A DNA stretch of 64,000 nt from Aestuariivirga sp. (GCF_041738905.1 NZ_JBGSOZ010000151.1:5829-69828); one strand, 5' to 3'; shown: positions 1 to 10,139, counted from the first letter of the stretch. Translations and numbers: made by a program. The notes: generated from the sequence alone by a model not told the origin.

Positions 1-1
1 C

Positions 2-448
2 AAGCCCGATGTCCGCGGAGCCTATGGCCTCCTCGGCCGCGAAGTCATCCAGTCGCTGAAGCATTTCCAGCACGCACCGGGAAAGACGGTGATCTTCGTC
101 GGTGTCCTCGAGAAGGTAACAGACGACTTCAATCAATCGACATGGCAGCCGCAGCTGGAAGGTACGAAAGCCGCGCGCGAACTGCCGGGCATCGTCGACC
201 AGGTCATGTCGATGCACCTGTTCTCAGAGAAGGAAGACGGTAGCTACGTGCTGGACGAAAAGTCTTCCACCCGCCGCCTCGTCTGCCAGGCCGGCAATCC
301 CTTCGGACTGCCCGCCAAGGATCGCTCCGGCCGATTGAGCGTCACCGAGCCCCCCGATCTTGGCGCCGTCCTCGCCAAGATCAACGGCAGTTCCCGGCCC
401 AGCCGTCCGATCCCGGCTGATGCCGCCCCTGACCATCACACCGCTTGA
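2..448 (+). CDS. Phage AAA-family ATP-binding protein, C-terminal part (5' end outside window)
   Basis: Frame open from base 2 (KPDVRGAYGLLGREVIQSLKHFQHAPGKTVIF...); ends with PAKDRSGRL...EPPDLG, typical of phage AAA_24/Sak4-like proteins. Confidence 0.7.
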   Translation, partial: KPDVRGAYGLLGREVIQSLKHFQHAPGKTVIFVGVLEKVTDDFNQSTWQPQLEGTKAARELPGIVDQVMSMHLFSEKEDGSYVLDEKSSTRRLVCQAGNPFGLPAKDRSGRLSVTEPPDLGAVLAKINGSSRPSRPIPADAAPDHHTA

Positions 449-480
449 ACCAACCCCCAAAAACCTAAGGAGAAGATTCC

Positions 481-1161
481 ATGTTCGACTTCAACGATGC
501 CCAGCAGCAGATGTCACCCCAGGGTGAGCTCATACCCGATGGCGTATTCTCGCGCGTGAAGCTTAACGTCCGCCCCGGTGGCACCAATGGTGCTGTGCCC
601 ATGGATGCCAAACTTCTGAAGTCCTCCGACCGGAGCGACGCGCTCATGCTCAATTGCGAGCTCACGCTTCTGGACGGTCCCTATGCGCGGCGCAAGTTCT
701 GGCAGAACTTCACGGTTGCCGGCGGCCGCCGCGATGACAAGGGCGACTCCATCGGCTGGAATATCGCCAAGTCGTCGTTCCGCGCCATGATCGATTCTGC
801 CACTGGCCTTGACCCGAAAGATGAAACGCCCGCGGCGTGTGCCAAGCGCAAGCTTGAGGGACTCAGGCAGCTCGACGGCATTGTCTTCGCAGCCCGCATC
901 ATGATCGAGCCAAAGAATGACGATTATGCCGCGAGCAACCGGATCGCCAACGTCGTCGTCCCCGGTGATCCCGAATACGCGAAGGTCATCGCCGGGCAGC
1001 CGGTGCCGCCTGATCCCGTCAACGCCGCACCACGCAAATCTCGTGCCGACGGGGGAGCGGCCGCACCGGCATGGTCTCAGCCGCAAGCCTCCGCACAAGG
1101 ACCGGCCGTTTCTCCTGAAGCAAAGCCTGCGGCCTCGATACCTCAATGGCTCAACTCCTGA
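481..1161 (+). CDS. Phage protein, possible ssDNA-binding protein (DUF669-like)
   Basis: SD aggag upstream; MFDFNDA start; low-complexity Pro/Ala tail ending IPQWLNS; position directly after the AAA ATPase. Confidence 0.55.
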   Translation: MFDFNDAQQQMSPQGELIPDGVFSRVKLNVRPGGTNGAVPMDAKLLKSSDRSDALMLNCELTLLDGPYARRKFWQNFTVAGGRRDDKGDSIGWNIAKSSFRAMIDSATGLDPKDETPAACAKRKLEGLRQLDGIVFAARIMIEPKNDDYAASNRIANVVVPGDPEYAKVIAGQPVPPDPVNAAPRKSRADGGAAAPAWSQPQASAQGPAVSPEAKPAASIPQWLNS

Positions 1162-1165
1162 TCCC

Positions 1166-1396
1166 ATGACGGAAGACGAATGGCAGGCCCACATGACGCG
1201 TGAGGCCGCGAAGGAGATCGGCGCATGGCTCGAGGCAAGAGGAAAGCTGGACCAGCCCATTCACAGCCTCACCCTACGCGATCTCGAGGCCATCGCACAG
1301 AACGCCATCTCGAAGTTCATCGTGATGGCCTCGCACCGGATCGTGCAGGACCCGGACAACACCGCCGATCTCCGCCGTTTCCTGAGGAGCGGGTGA
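1166..1396 (+). CDS. Small phage hypothetical protein
   Basis: MTEDEWQAH... ORF; stop overlaps the next start (GTGA). Confidence 0.6.
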   Translation: MTEDEWQAHMTREAAKEIGAWLEARGKLDQPIHSLTLRDLEAIAQNAISKFIVMASHRIVQDPDNTADLRRFLRSG

Positions 1397-1761
1397 TCCA
1401 TTGCGCCGTCTGCAATCGCGAAGCGCTGGGCTTCGGCTTCTGCCTGGCCCTGCGCTTCGACCTTTATCCCCACCACCATTTCTGTTCCACGCGCTGCCTC
1501 GAGCTTGGGGCAGCGATCGCCACGGAGACGAACGGCATGATCGACAAGACCGCCCGCGAGATACAGGCCCTAAAGGATGCCCGCCGTCCGTTTGCCGAGG
1601 CGCTGACCGAACTCGGCTTGATGCCGGTGTTCCATGACCGCAAGGCTGAAGACATCGAACAGCTCATCGAAGCCGTGGTGACAGGCTACGTCGACAGCAT
1701 GCTGCGGCAGGCCAACGTGCCCGAGCGCACCGGCACCTTCAATGACCCGATCCCTTTCTGA
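1393..1761 (+). CDS. Phage protein with Cys/His cluster (DUF6511-like)
   Basis: CAVC...HHHFCSTRC followed by MIDKT-type helical domain; ends DPIPF. Confidence 0.6.
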   Translation: MIHCAVCNREALGFGFCLALRFDLYPHHHFCSTRCLELGAAIATETNGMIDKTAREIQALKDARRPFAEALTELGLMPVFHDRKAEDIEQLIEAVVTGYVDSMLRQANVPERTGTFNDPIPF

Positions 1762-1777
1762 ACGAAGGGAAATGCCA

Positions 1778-2539
1778 ATGCTCATCGACCTCAATCATGG
1801 GTCTGGTGCCTGCTATGAAGCAGAGGCCAGTCTTTCATCAGCGGTGAACGCCTACATTGATGATGCGCTCATCGCGCGTCACCGCTTGCAGGTCCCGCGA
1901 ACCTACCTTGGCGCCAGTCGCATTGGTGAGGAATGCAGCCGCCGCCTTGCTTATGAATACATGCGAACGCCAGAGGATCCGGACAAGGCCTTCTCCGGTC
2001 AGACATTGCGCATCTTTGCCGTCGGTCATCAATTCGAGAACCTCACCATTAGCTGGATGAGAGGTGCGGGCTTCGAGCTACGCACTCAACGCCGTGATGG
2101 TGGTCAGTTCGGCTTCGAGACAGCGGGCGGCAGGATCAAGGGGCACATCGATGGCGTCATTGTCAGTGGGCCTGACATCGGTGTGCGATGGCCAGCACTT
2201 TGGGAGCACAAGGCCGTGAAGGCAAAATCCTGGACCGATGTCGTGAAGCGCGGCGTCGCGCACTCGAAGCCCGTCTACTACGCGCAGCTCCAGCTCTACA
2301 TGGCCTATATGGAGCTCGAGGTGGCGCTGTTCACCTGTCTCAACAAGGATACGCAGGAACTCCACCACGAACGCGTGGACCTCGTTCCGCACGTTGCGCA
2401 AGCACTCTCCGACAAGGCCGCCGACATCATCCGCGCCGTCGAATGCAACGACTTGCCGTCCCGCATCGCTGCGAGCCCCGATTTCTACATCTGCCGTTTC
2501 TGTCCGTTTCACTCATCATGCTGGGAGATGAACTCATGA
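1778..2539 (+). CDS. Cas4/AddB-like PD-(D/E)XK exonuclease with 4Fe-4S cysteines
   Basis: YLGASRIGEEC, GHIDG, WEHK, QLQLY, CRFCPFHSSC motifs; SD aaggga. Confidence 0.85.
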   Translation: MLIDLNHGSGACYEAEASLSSAVNAYIDDALIARHRLQVPRTYLGASRIGEECSRRLAYEYMRTPEDPDKAFSGQTLRIFAVGHQFENLTISWMRGAGFELRTQRRDGGQFGFETAGGRIKGHIDGVIVSGPDIGVRWPALWEHKAVKAKSWTDVVKRGVAHSKPVYYAQLQLYMAYMELEVALFTCLNKDTQELHHERVDLVPHVAQALSDKAADIIRAVECNDLPSRIAASPDFYICRFCPFHSSCWEMNS

Positions 2540-3282
2540 AAGTGCCCGCCGCTTACGAGTTGAAAGCATTGTATCACGCACGCCGCTCCAGCTTCGACGA
2601 ACTCGGGGAGATACGCGGTCTGGTGAGTGCTCCCGTTTACGTCTTTCCCGACCAGGACGTTTTCGACAGCGACAAAATCACGGAGTTATGCCGCTCAACT
2701 CTCGATCAAGAAATTTGCCTTCCGCATGAGCAGGTCATCTTCGAGGTGAAGGACAAGCTGGGAGAATGCGAGTCGTACATTCTCTATTGCCGTAACCTCG
2801 GCCCGGATGCAGAGGCCTTCCTGCTGATCAAGGGTGTCGAGCGGAATCTCTGGGTTGGCCCGCTCATGCGGCTCATCTTTCGCGTTACCGGCGAACTCGA
2901 GACATTTGCCAATCCCAGGCATGTTCATGAAGACGCAGCAGTTGAACTCTTCGCATATGTTTCGGCTGGCATGTATGTGCGGGCACTGAACATTCTTGCC
3001 ATGAGCCCCGAAATCCATAGCGCCAGTCTACCACTGCCCGGGCGCCGGAAATGCGAGAAGGCCGGTGTCACGGGTTGGGTATGGCACACCGTCAGCATCG
3101 ACCCTTCGAAGCTGACCGTGCGTGGCCCCGGCCAGGGCGGTACCCATGCAAGCCCTCGCTGGCATATCCGCCGCGGACACTGGCGCAATCTCGCTGGCGG
3201 CCGCCGTGTGTTCGTGCGCGAATGCGAGGTCGGAGACATGTCCCGGGGTGGCGTCGTCAAGGATTACGAGGTTGCTGCATGA
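2536..3282 (+). CDS. Phage hypothetical protein with C-terminal HASPRWHIRRGHWR motif
   Basis: ATGA overlaps at both ends; basic His/Arg motif near the C-terminus. Confidence 0.65.
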   Translation: MKVPAAYELKALYHARRSSFDELGEIRGLVSAPVYVFPDQDVFDSDKITELCRSTLDQEICLPHEQVIFEVKDKLGECESYILYCRNLGPDAEAFLLIKGVERNLWVGPLMRLIFRVTGELETFANPRHVHEDAAVELFAYVSAGMYVRALNILAMSPEIHSASLPLPGRRKCEKAGVTGWVWHTVSIDPSKLTVRGPGQGGTHASPRWHIRRGHWRNLAGGRRVFVRECEVGDMSRGGVVKDYEVAA

Positions 3283-4598
3283 ATGCCTTCACACCCTCCG
3301 ACGCCCAGGCGAGGGCAATCGCTGAGATCAAGGACTGGTTCGTGAACCGCTCTCAACATCAGCAAGTGTGCCGGCTGTTTGGTTATGCCGGAAGTGGCAA
3401 AAGTACGGTGCTGCGCTTTGCGTTGGAGGAGCTTGGCCTCAGCACGTCCGTGTCCTCAAGGCATTGTGTGCCGGATGTGGTGACCTCCACCTTCACTGGC
3501 AAGGCGGCGCTCGTACTGCGGCGCAAGGGAACGCCAGCGCGCACGATCCACAGCCTGATCTACAGCGTGATCGAGGCGACCGAGGATGAGGTGGCAGCCG
3601 CCGCAGCGAAGATCGATGAGGAAAAGCAACAGGCACGCGGGCTCACTGGCTTCGAGAAGACGACAGTGGAGGCCGCTATCGAAGCGATGCGGCAGGCGCT
3701 GGCGCAGATGAAGCAGCCGCGCTTTACGCTGAATCCGCAGAGCGATGCGGCGCTGACGAAACTCATCGTTCTCGACGAGGTGTCGATGGTCGACGAGGAC
3801 ATGGCGCGCGACCTCATGAGCTTCAAGAAGCCGATCCTTGTCCTGGGCGATCCGGGCCAGCTGCCGCCGATCAAGGGTGAGGGAGCGTTCACCCGCGATG
3901 CGCCCGACGTCATGCTGACGGAAATCCACCGCCAGGCGGGCGAAAGCGCCATCATCCGACTCGCCACCATGGCGCGGCAGGGCGAGGCTATCGGCTTCGG
4001 GCAGTATGACGCCCATGTCGCCAAGATGCGCAAGATGGATGTGACGCCTGAGCAGGCATTGAGGGGAGGCCAGGTCATCTGCGGCCGCAATGCCACGCGG
4101 TTCGAACTGAACAATGCCATGCGCAGGGCAGCGGGATTCAGTGATGGCGGCACCCTGCCGTCCGGTTCCATGGAGAAGATCATCTGTCTCAAGAACCAGA
4201 ATGATTTCGGACTGATCAATGGCATGTTCATCACGCTGGAAGACATCGTCGACGAGGGCACGCACTACTTCTCGGCCCAGGCGCATGATGAGGATGGGCA
4301 GCCTGTCGGGCCGCTGCTTGATGCCGATGGCAGCCGCGGAAGGCTTCGCTTCTATAAGGGTCACTTCGAGGATCATCTGTCTTTTGATCCCCACCGCCAC
4401 GACTGCGACTGGAAGATCAAGCGGCAGCTGTCGGAGGCGACATATGGTTGGGCCATCACCTGCCACAAGGCGCAAGGCTCGCAATGGGAGAATGTCATCG
4501 TCTGGGACGATGGCCTGGGGCAGAGCGAGGCCGATCGGCGCCGCTGGCTCTATACCGCCATCACGCGTGCCGAGCGCGGGCTTGTGATACTGGCCTGA
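3279..4598 (+). CDS. RecD/Dda-like SF1B helicase
   Basis: GYAGSGKS, DEVSM, LGDPGQLPPI, EIHRQ, AITCHKAQGSQW, YTAITRA. Confidence 0.9.
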   Translation: MNAFTPSDAQARAIAEIKDWFVNRSQHQQVCRLFGYAGSGKSTVLRFALEELGLSTSVSSRHCVPDVVTSTFTGKAALVLRRKGTPARTIHSLIYSVIEATEDEVAAAAAKIDEEKQQARGLTGFEKTTVEAAIEAMRQALAQMKQPRFTLNPQSDAALTKLIVLDEVSMVDEDMARDLMSFKKPILVLGDPGQLPPIKGEGAFTRDAPDVMLTEIHRQAGESAIIRLATMARQGEAIGFGQYDAHVAKMRKMDVTPEQALRGGQVICGRNATRFELNNAMRRAAGFSDGGTLPSGSMEKIICLKNQNDFGLINGMFITLEDIVDEGTHYFSAQAHDEDGQPVGPLLDADGSRGRLRFYKGHFEDHLSFDPHRHDCDWKIKRQLSEATYGWAITCHKAQGSQWENVIVWDDGLGQSEADRRRWLYTAITRAERGLVILA

Positions 4599-4609
4599 GG
4601 TGCAGCCGC

Positions 4610-7183
4610 ATGATCGATCTCAACGACGTCTGGCATCCTCCGGCGCAATTCGACCTGCCCGAGATCCGACGCCGCCTCTCCGCCACCGCGCCGGACTGGT
4701 TGCCGGAGCTGTTTCCCCATGCGCGCATGGCGGCGGACCGCAGGGCGCTGCGCTGTGCCGATCTCTCGGGCCGGGCGCCACGGGGCGAGGGCTCCTGCAT
4801 CCTTCATCTCAAGGGGCCCTATGCCGGGACCGGCTATGATCACGCGACCGGGGAATTTGCCGCCGGCATCGATCTCATCCATCACGCAACGGGGCTTTCC
4901 GACCGGGCGCTGTTTGCCGAGGCAGCCCGTCTGGCGCGGCTTGATACGCCGGCGCCGAGGATGACGGTTGCGGCTTCCAGGCCCGACCACAGCCTCGACA
5001 TCGCACGCATCCTTGAATCCTGCCAGCCGCTCGCCGGTACGCCCGCCGAAACCTATCTGAGATCTCGGGGCCTCGAAGATCCATGCTCTCCTGACCTGCT
5101 CTATAACGTCGACCTGACCGACTTCGAGACGGGACGCGGCTGGGCGGGCATGGTGGCAATCGTCCGCGACGGCCGGGGTGAGCCGACGGGCGGCATACAT
5201 CGGACGTTCCTGCTGGATGACGGCTCGGCCAAGGCACCGCCGGGCAAGAAGATGCTGGGGCCTGTTGCCGGCGGTTCGGTACGGCTGTTCTCCATGACGC
5301 CCGCGGGTCAACTTGGTATTGCCGAAGGAATCGAAACGGCGCTTGCCGCGCATCGCATTTTCGGGATCCCCGTCTGGGCGGCGCTGTCGGCCGACGGCGT
5401 GCGCCGCTGGCAGTGGCCGGAAGGCGTGTCCCATGTGACGATCTTTGCCGATGCCGGGGATGCAGGACGTCAGGCGGCCGCTACCCTTGCAGATCGGCTC
5501 AATAATGCAGGGATTGCTAGCCGAATCGTTCACCCTCTTCATGGGGACGATTTCAATGATGATTTGCAGCGCGGGGCCGCAGCTGATGATTACCCCGACG
5601 AAATGGTAATGCCGCCGACCAATGCTTTAGAAGCGGATGAACCCACGCCAGTCTCCGCAGTTGCACCCCAGGATGACCATGCCGAGCTGATGACAGCAGC
5701 GGAGGCGCTGAGCAATCCGCCCGACCTCAAGGCTCTCAGCACGCTCCTGGGTCGCCTCGCGCTCGCCCACCTCGAACCCCTGACCGAACGCCAGGTCGTT
5801 GCCCGCATCAAGACCGCCACGGGAATCGCCGCTTCGATTCTCGAGAAGCAACTGGCCGAATTGCGCCGCCGCGTGAGCGCCACCGGTGATCCAAACACTC
5901 TAATCGCGAGGCCCCGCTGGTTCCGCCGCCTGCGGCTGGACCTCGCAGGGACGCCCGAGCGCAACGAAGCCAATGTCATCATCGCGCTCACCTCCGATCA
6001 GGCCTTCGCGGGCATCCTCGCCTTTGACGCGTTTGCCCAGGAGATCATGGTGCGCCGGCCTCTGCTATGGGATAGCCCGGACGCTGCCTTTCCACGCGAA
6101 TGGGAAGATGGCGACGACATTCGCACCGCTGAATGGCTGCAGCTGCGTGGCATCAACGTTGCGCCCGTTGTCGTGGGCCGCGCCGTTGGCGCCGTGGCGC
6201 GCGAGCATCGCATTCATCCCGTCCGTGATTGGCTTGATACGCTCAAGTGGGATGGCACGCCCCGGATCGAGACCTGGACCAGCACCTATCTCGGCGCCAA
6301 GCCTACGACGCTTCATCACGCCATGGGTGCGTTGTGGCTGATCTCTGCCGTCGCCCGCATCTATCGCCCGGGCGTCAAGGCCGATCACATGCTGATCCTC
6401 GAAGGCCCGCAGGGTGCGAAGAAATCCACAGCACTGAAAGTGCTCGCGGGTGAGCACTGGTTTACTGACGAGCTCCCCGAGCTGGGCTCCAAGGATGCAG
6501 CGCTGCACATGCAGGGAGTGTGGATCGTGGAGATTGCCGAACTCGACGCCATCGGCCGCGCCGAGGTCTCGCGCATCAAGGCGTTCCTTACACGCACCAC
6601 CGATCGCTTCCGCCCGCCCTATGGCCGCTACACCATCGAGGTGCCGCGGCAGTGCGTGTTCGCTGGCACCGTGAATCCGGACACATACTTGCGCGATGAA
6701 ACCGGCAACCGCCGTTTCTGGCCGCTGCGCTGCGGCGCGATCGATATTCCAGCGCTGGCCCGTGATCGCGATCAGCTCTGGGCCGAGGCTGTCCACCGCT
6801 ACAGATCCGGCGCCATCTGGTGGATCGAGGACCCGGCGTTGCTGACGGAGGCGAGTGCCGCACAAGATGCACGCTACCAGGCCGATGCATGGGATGCCCG
6901 CATCGACCGCTGGCTGACGCATGATGTGCGGAGGGTCAATCGCGGCTTTGTGGGAATCGATGACTGGCGCAAGGAAGAAGTCGAACGCACCGAACCGATT
7001 TGCGACGTCGCGGTGGGTGAGATCCTCGAGGGCGCGCTCAGCATCGAACCTGCCAAGTGGACCAAGCTCGACCAGATGCGCGTCGGGGCTTGGTTGAAAT
7101 CACGGCAGTGGGGGAGATACCAATGCCGGACCGGAGAAACGCGCGCATGGCGCTACCGCAAGCTGCCGGCAGAAAACGGGTGA
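4610..7183 (+). CDS. Toprim primase fused to VirE-family P-loop helicase
   Basis: IAEGIETALA and IFADAGDAG (Toprim); EGPQGAKKST, EIAELD, FAGTVN, RDETGNRRFWP (VirE). Confidence 0.9.
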   Translation: MIDLNDVWHPPAQFDLPEIRRRLSATAPDWLPELFPHARMAADRRALRCADLSGRAPRGEGSCILHLKGPYAGTGYDHATGEFAAGIDLIHHATGLSDRALFAEAARLARLDTPAPRMTVAASRPDHSLDIARILESCQPLAGTPAETYLRSRGLEDPCSPDLLYNVDLTDFETGRGWAGMVAIVRDGRGEPTGGIHRTFLLDDGSAKAPPGKKMLGPVAGGSVRLFSMTPAGQLGIAEGIETALAAHRIFGIPVWAALSADGVRRWQWPEGVSHVTIFADAGDAGRQAAATLADRLNNAGIASRIVHPLHGDDFNDDLQRGAAADDYPDEMVMPPTNALEADEPTPVSAVAPQDDHAELMTAAEALSNPPDLKALSTLLGRLALAHLEPLTERQVVARIKTATGIAASILEKQLAELRRRVSATGDPNTLIARPRWFRRLRLDLAGTPERNEANVIIALTSDQAFAGILAFDAFAQEIMVRRPLLWDSPDAAFPREWEDGDDIRTAEWLQLRGINVAPVVVGRAVGAVAREHRIHPVRDWLDTLKWDGTPRIETWTSTYLGAKPTTLHHAMGALWLISAVARIYRPGVKADHMLILEGPQGAKKSTALKVLAGEHWFTDELPELGSKDAALHMQGVWIVEIAELDAIGRAEVSRIKAFLTRTTDRFRPPYGRYTIEVPRQCVFAGTVNPDTYLRDETGNRRFWPLRCGAIDIPALARDRDQLWAEAVHRYRSGAIWWIEDPALLTEASAAQDARYQADAWDARIDRWLTHDVRRVNRGFVGIDDWRKEEVERTEPICDVAVGEILEGALSIEPAKWTKLDQMRVGAWLKSRQWGRYQCRTGETRAWRYRKLPAENG

Positions 7184-7532
7184 GGACCCCACATCTCTCG
7201 CTCCGTCGGACTCGACGTCAGCTGCACTGGCAGACCATTACGATCGACCACCACAAGAATTTGGTTGTCATCCCGCCGCAGGACCCTCCCAAAGATTGAC
7301 GCTGATTCCTCGTGATGCAGGCTCCATGCTGATGCACGCGAACAATGGCGGAAGCGATGTGCACTTCAAGCGGATCGCCATTCATCCGCCTTGTCTTCAC
7401 AGCCTATTCATTAGGTTTCCTGTCTCCGAGGTGGTAGTCTTCGCTCTCAACAGGTGAGAGACAGCAGTCTCTTCCTCTTTTCTCATCACTTCATCATCTT
7501 GTTTACCCTGTCTGCTGGCAGTCGAGGACGCT

Positions 7533-8579
7533 ATGACAGACACTCTCTCCACCCATGTCGAATCCGCCAGCACGCTGGCCGTCATTGCGTCGTCCAATGA
7601 ACCGCTCCTGTTCTTGACGGATGACCTTCGGCTCATTGCAGCCAGTGCCTCATTTTGCCGCGTCTACAACATTGCCCCAGCCTCCGTACCCGGCCGTCCG
7701 CTGTCCGAGATCGGGCACGGCGAATGGGGGATACCTCAGATAGCGTCCTTGCTGAAGGCTACGGCAGGAGGTTTGGCAAAAGTCGAGATGTACGAGACAG
7801 ACCTCATAAGACGAGAGCAGGAGACCCGCCATCTGGTGTTGAATGCCACCAGATTGGAAGATGGCGACGCGGAACACACGCGGCTCTTGCTGGCGATCAC
7901 CGACGTGACAGCCATCCGAGCAGAAGCGAAGTTGAAGGCAGACCTCATCCGCGAGAAAGAGATACTGCTCCTTGAGGTGCAGCACAGGGTCGCCAACAGC
8001 CTCCAGATCATCGCCAGTATTCTGATGCGTAGTGCCAGACAAGTGCAGTCAACAGAAGCCCGTGGTCACCTGCACAATGCCCATCATCGTGTCCTGTCAA
8101 TTGCCGCAGTGCAGCGGCAACTGGCCCAGTCCAGTCTAAACGATGTTGACGTGGCCCCCTATTTTCACCAGCTTTGCGAAAGCCTCGGCACTTCGATGAT
8201 TTCGGACCCCACTCAAATCAAGATCGTCGTCAGGGCAGACCACGCCTTGGTACCGCCGGGTGTCTCGGTGAGCCTTGGCCTTATTGTGACGGAACTCGTC
8301 ATCAATGCCTTGAAACATGCCTTTCAGGAAAAGGCCTCCGGTCAGATTCACGTCAGCTACCACCGACATGACACGGGTTGGACGTTGTCAGTCGAAGACA
8401 CAGGCAGTGGCATGCCAAGCGGACCAAATGCAAAGCCGGGACTGGGAACGGGCATTGTGGAAGCTCTCGCCACGCAGCTTGATGCGGCCGTTGAAGTTAC
8501 AGACAACTCTCCCGGCACGGCTGTGACGCTCGTTCATGTTGCAACGAAAGATGGAACTTACCGATCAGCGGCAGCTTAA
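7533..8579 (+). CDS. PAS + HisKA_2/HWE-type sensor histidine kinase (cargo)
   Basis: EVQHRVANSLQ H-box, ELVINALKHAF N-box, EDTGSG, GLGTGIV. Confidence 0.9.
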   Translation: MTDTLSTHVESASTLAVIASSNEPLLFLTDDLRLIAASASFCRVYNIAPASVPGRPLSEIGHGEWGIPQIASLLKATAGGLAKVEMYETDLIRREQETRHLVLNATRLEDGDAEHTRLLLAITDVTAIRAEAKLKADLIREKEILLLEVQHRVANSLQIIASILMRSARQVQSTEARGHLHNAHHRVLSIAAVQRQLAQSSLNDVDVAPYFHQLCESLGTSMISDPTQIKIVVRADHALVPPGVSVSLGLIVTELVINALKHAFQEKASGQIHVSYHRHDTGWTLSVEDTGSGMPSGPNAKPGLGTGIVEALATQLDAAVEVTDNSPGTAVTLVHVATKDGTYRSAAA

Positions 8580-8660
8580 CGTGTGAATGGTCCGCAGCAC
8601 TTGCGATGGCGTAGTCGCCATCACAACAATAAAAATCACGGCGGCCCTTGGGGATATGCA

Positions 8661-9029
8661 ATGACAATCGCAAGGTCCACAATTCTGGTGGTTGAAGATG
8701 AGTCGCTGATCAGAATGAGCGCCGTTGACCTGACCATTTCAGCAGGTTTTCGGGCAGTCGAGGCCAAGAATGCCGATGAGGCAATCGGCATACTCGAAGC
8801 ACGGCACGACATTCACCTCGTGTTCACCGATGTCGACATGCCGGGCTCCATGGACGGGCTCAAGCTATGCCACCACATCAGAGACCGCTGGCCTCCCGTC
8901 AAACTACTAGTGGCCTCGGGTAAGACTGTTGTTGCCGAAAGCCAGCTCCCAGATGGGGCAATGTTCTTCTCTAAGCCGTACAGTAACACCTCGATTGTCG
9001 AAGCTATGACGCGGCTGCTTGCTGCTTGA
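8661..9029 (+). CDS. Single-domain response regulator
   Basis: ILVVEDE, FTDVDMPG, VASG, FFSKPY; no output domain. Confidence 0.9.
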   Translation: MTIARSTILVVEDESLIRMSAVDLTISAGFRAVEAKNADEAIGILEARHDIHLVFTDVDMPGSMDGLKLCHHIRDRWPPVKLLVASGKTVVAESQLPDGAMFFSKPYSNTSIVEAMTRLLAA

Positions 9030-9244
9030 GTGTCTTGCGACTGCAGTATGTCGCGACGGCGCTTGCTATGGCGCTGCAAGTAATGGCTTTCCGTGCAAGA
9101 GTTTTCCCACAAGGCCCTTCATGCGATGGATGCATGTTTTCATGCGGTGTCATGATCGTGTCCTAGCGAGGTATCCGTCTCGAGGCAGAGCTTCTATCGC
9201 GGCGTGACGAGCGCGCTGAAATTGCTTCTCCGGCCCCGCCATTT

Positions 9245-9507
9245 TGTCACCACCTCGGGTTCTGTCACCACCTCAGTTCTCAGGTGGTGACAGAAATAAT
9301 CGTGATAAATCAACGTTGTCACCACTGTCACCACCTGCACCACCAACTTCTTTTCCTTTTGCTATAGGAGTGTGTCCCCTGTTTTTTTCTTCCACATACG
9401 ATGTAAGGGAAAAAGGTGGTGACAGGTGGTGACAGTGGTGACAGCGTTGTTATTGCTTGGGGTTTTTTGTCACCACCTTGCGACGGAAGTGGTGACAGGT
9501 GGTGACA
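9245..9507. repeat. Array of 11 TGTCACCAC 9-mers in mirror arrangement; putative replication origin
   Basis: Forward copies at 9245, 9263, 9317, 9326, 9468; reverse copies within 9282-9292, 9414-9443 (three) and 9489-9507 (two); T/A-rich core 9349-9413. Confidence 0.75.
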
Positions 9508-9602
9508 AAGGGCAACAAGCTGATTTCACTTGATCCACATCGCCCCGTGTGATTCTCTGAACGAGACCAAAGCCGAAGGCCCACGATCCGTGAGCCTTCA
9601 CC

Positions 9603-10139
9603 ATGAACCCTGCCGATAACCGCCTAGCATCGCCCAATGCCGCTTCAGCCGCAGCAAAGGCAAGCCCATCGATTCCATCCATCCTCGCCCTCGATCTCGG
9701 CAGCACCACAGGGTGGGCTGTGCGCAACAGCCGCTGTCGCATCCTGCATGGCACGGCTGAATTCCGGCCCACCCGCTTCGAAGGCGGTGGAATGCGCCAC
9801 CTGCGCTTCGGCAAATGGCTCGACCAGACGCTCGATGTCACCGGCGGCATCGATGCCGTGTACTTCGAAGAGGTGCGCCGGCATGCCGGAACCGACGCCT
9901 CTCACATCTACGGCGGCTTCCTTGCTGCGCTGACGTCCTGGTGTGAGCTACATGGCATCGCGTATCAGGGAGTGCCGGTTGGAACCATCAAGCGCTTCGC
10001 CACCGGCAAGGGCAATGCGGACAAGGCCGCAATGATCGCCGCCATGCGCGAACGCGGCTTTGAGCCTGCAGACGACAACGAAGCCGATGCCATCGCCATC
10101 CTGCTCTGGGCTCTCGAGACGAATGGAGGGGTGCAGTGA
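9603..10139 (+). CDS. Phage RuvC-like Holliday junction resolvase
   Basis: ILALDLG, YFEEV, KRFATGKGNADK, DNEADA. Confidence 0.8.
   Translation: MNPADNRLASPNAASAAAKASPSIPSILALDLGSTTGWAVRNSRCRILHGTAEFRPTRFEGGGMRHLRFGKWLDQTLDVTGGIDAVYFEEVRRHAGTDASHIYGGFLAALTSWCELHGIAYQGVPVGTIKRFATGKGNADKAAMIAAMRERGFEPADDNEADAIAILLWALETNGGVQ

Noticed and set aside
1778-2539. Cas4-like nuclease as a sign of a CRISPR-Cas system
   Set aside because: No cas1/cas2 and no array; it sits in a phage recombination operon
2188-4609. Upstream-extended starts in the ORF track (2188, 3051, 4448; also 23238, 56788)
   Set aside because: They overlap the preceding genes; coupled or SD-supported internal starts fit better
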